From Leucoraja ocellata (lineage: Eukaryota), in the NCBI GenBank assembly GCA_036785375.1, contig JAWMAR010000102.1, positions 4,278,001 to 4,342,000 of the forward strand: 64,000 nucleotides of DNA, written 5' to 3'. A program made the position numbers and the translations under genes. Below are positions 63,285 to 64,000 of this stretch, piece by piece. The notes under the pieces are model-generated. The model did not search any database. It saw nothing but the letters and a program-made list of their open reading frames with translations, and was not told the origin of the DNA. Positions within the stretch are counted from its first letter, which is position 1; every line of letters starts with the position of its first letter.

Positions 63285-63762
63285 GTACTCTGACCTCTGT
63301 CTCTGCCTCCCAGGCACTCCACCTTTTCTCTTCTTCCCTGCATGATTGTCACTGTGGTTTGTTAAAAGTATCAAACTTTGTGGAAATAATTGATTTAGTA
63401 CCAAAAAAAACTATTGCATAGAGACCAATGGCTAAATTGCAGAATAATATATCTCAATTCCACTTATGTAATCTGAATTGATGTATGTTAAAAATTGTGG
63501 TGGATGTATACTTTATAATGCCTGCCAGGGTGTCCCTTTTTGCCTCCACTTTGGTCTGGTTTGCTTCATAAATGCAGTAACTAATTTTCATGTAAGCAAA
63601 ACAATTGCATATCTCTGGTGTGTGCACGCTGAACTGATTTAACCTGAAATGAATGTCTGTGCTTTATGCCAGAAAATAGCCAAGGGATTATTCTTAACTG
63701 TATCTAATGCCCTCGTATGGAAGATGCCTCTGTGCGGGCATGCAACGAGGACAGGATTAGAG

Positions 63763-63860
63763 CAAAACACAAACTGCTGGAGGAACTCAGCAGGTTAGGC
63801 AGCATCTGGTGAGGGAATGGACAGGCAACGTTTTGGGTTGAGACCCTTCTTCAAACTCTG
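63763..63860 (-). mobile_element. Penelope-like terminal repeat
   Basis: aactgctggaggaactcagcaggttaggcagcatct...aacgttttgggttgagacccttcttcaaact. Confidence 0.75.
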
Positions 63861-64000
63861 GACAGGGTTAGACTCAGTTCTGATATTTGTGCCTACTGCC
63901 ACCCACTGTAAAAGTATCAATGCCAACTCTATTAAGCTACAGTAATTCTGGTATATTGCTCTCTTCTAAAGAGTAGGAAAGGTCATTTTAAATCTAACAT

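Noticed and set aside
172-63345. Most 60-140 aa ORFs in the supplied track
   Set aside because: They are antisense or frame-shifted TE remnants, exon read-throughs into introns, or chance ORFs. None forms an independent gene.

Overview
Vertebrate genomic DNA. The repeat content (HE1-like V-SINEs, CR1/HER1-type LINE ends, abundant Penelope-like termini) suggests a cartilaginous fish, probably a skate or ray; that is inference. The window holds two head-to-head genes sharing a CpG-island promoter. ANKRD13A (minus strand) has coding exons 1-2 here and runs off the left edge. GIT2 (plus strand) has 18 canonical coding exons from 5203 to 61343, all GT-AG and phase-consistent, totalling 1991 nt; the last exons lie beyond the right edge. 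Most ORF-track entries are noise or TE remnants. The main items for follow-up are: (1) an in-frame 12-nt microexon (TEFM) just downstream of a perfect 74-bp inverted repeat; (2) an extra in-frame 135-nt exon inside the paxillin-binding domain; (3) an 86-nt candidate mutually exclusive or poison partner of exon 17; (4) many Penelope termini carrying minimal hammerhead-ribozyme cores, including a tandem triplet and fold-back hairpins. I found no evidence for a wholly new multi-gene system. Repeat boundaries are approximate.
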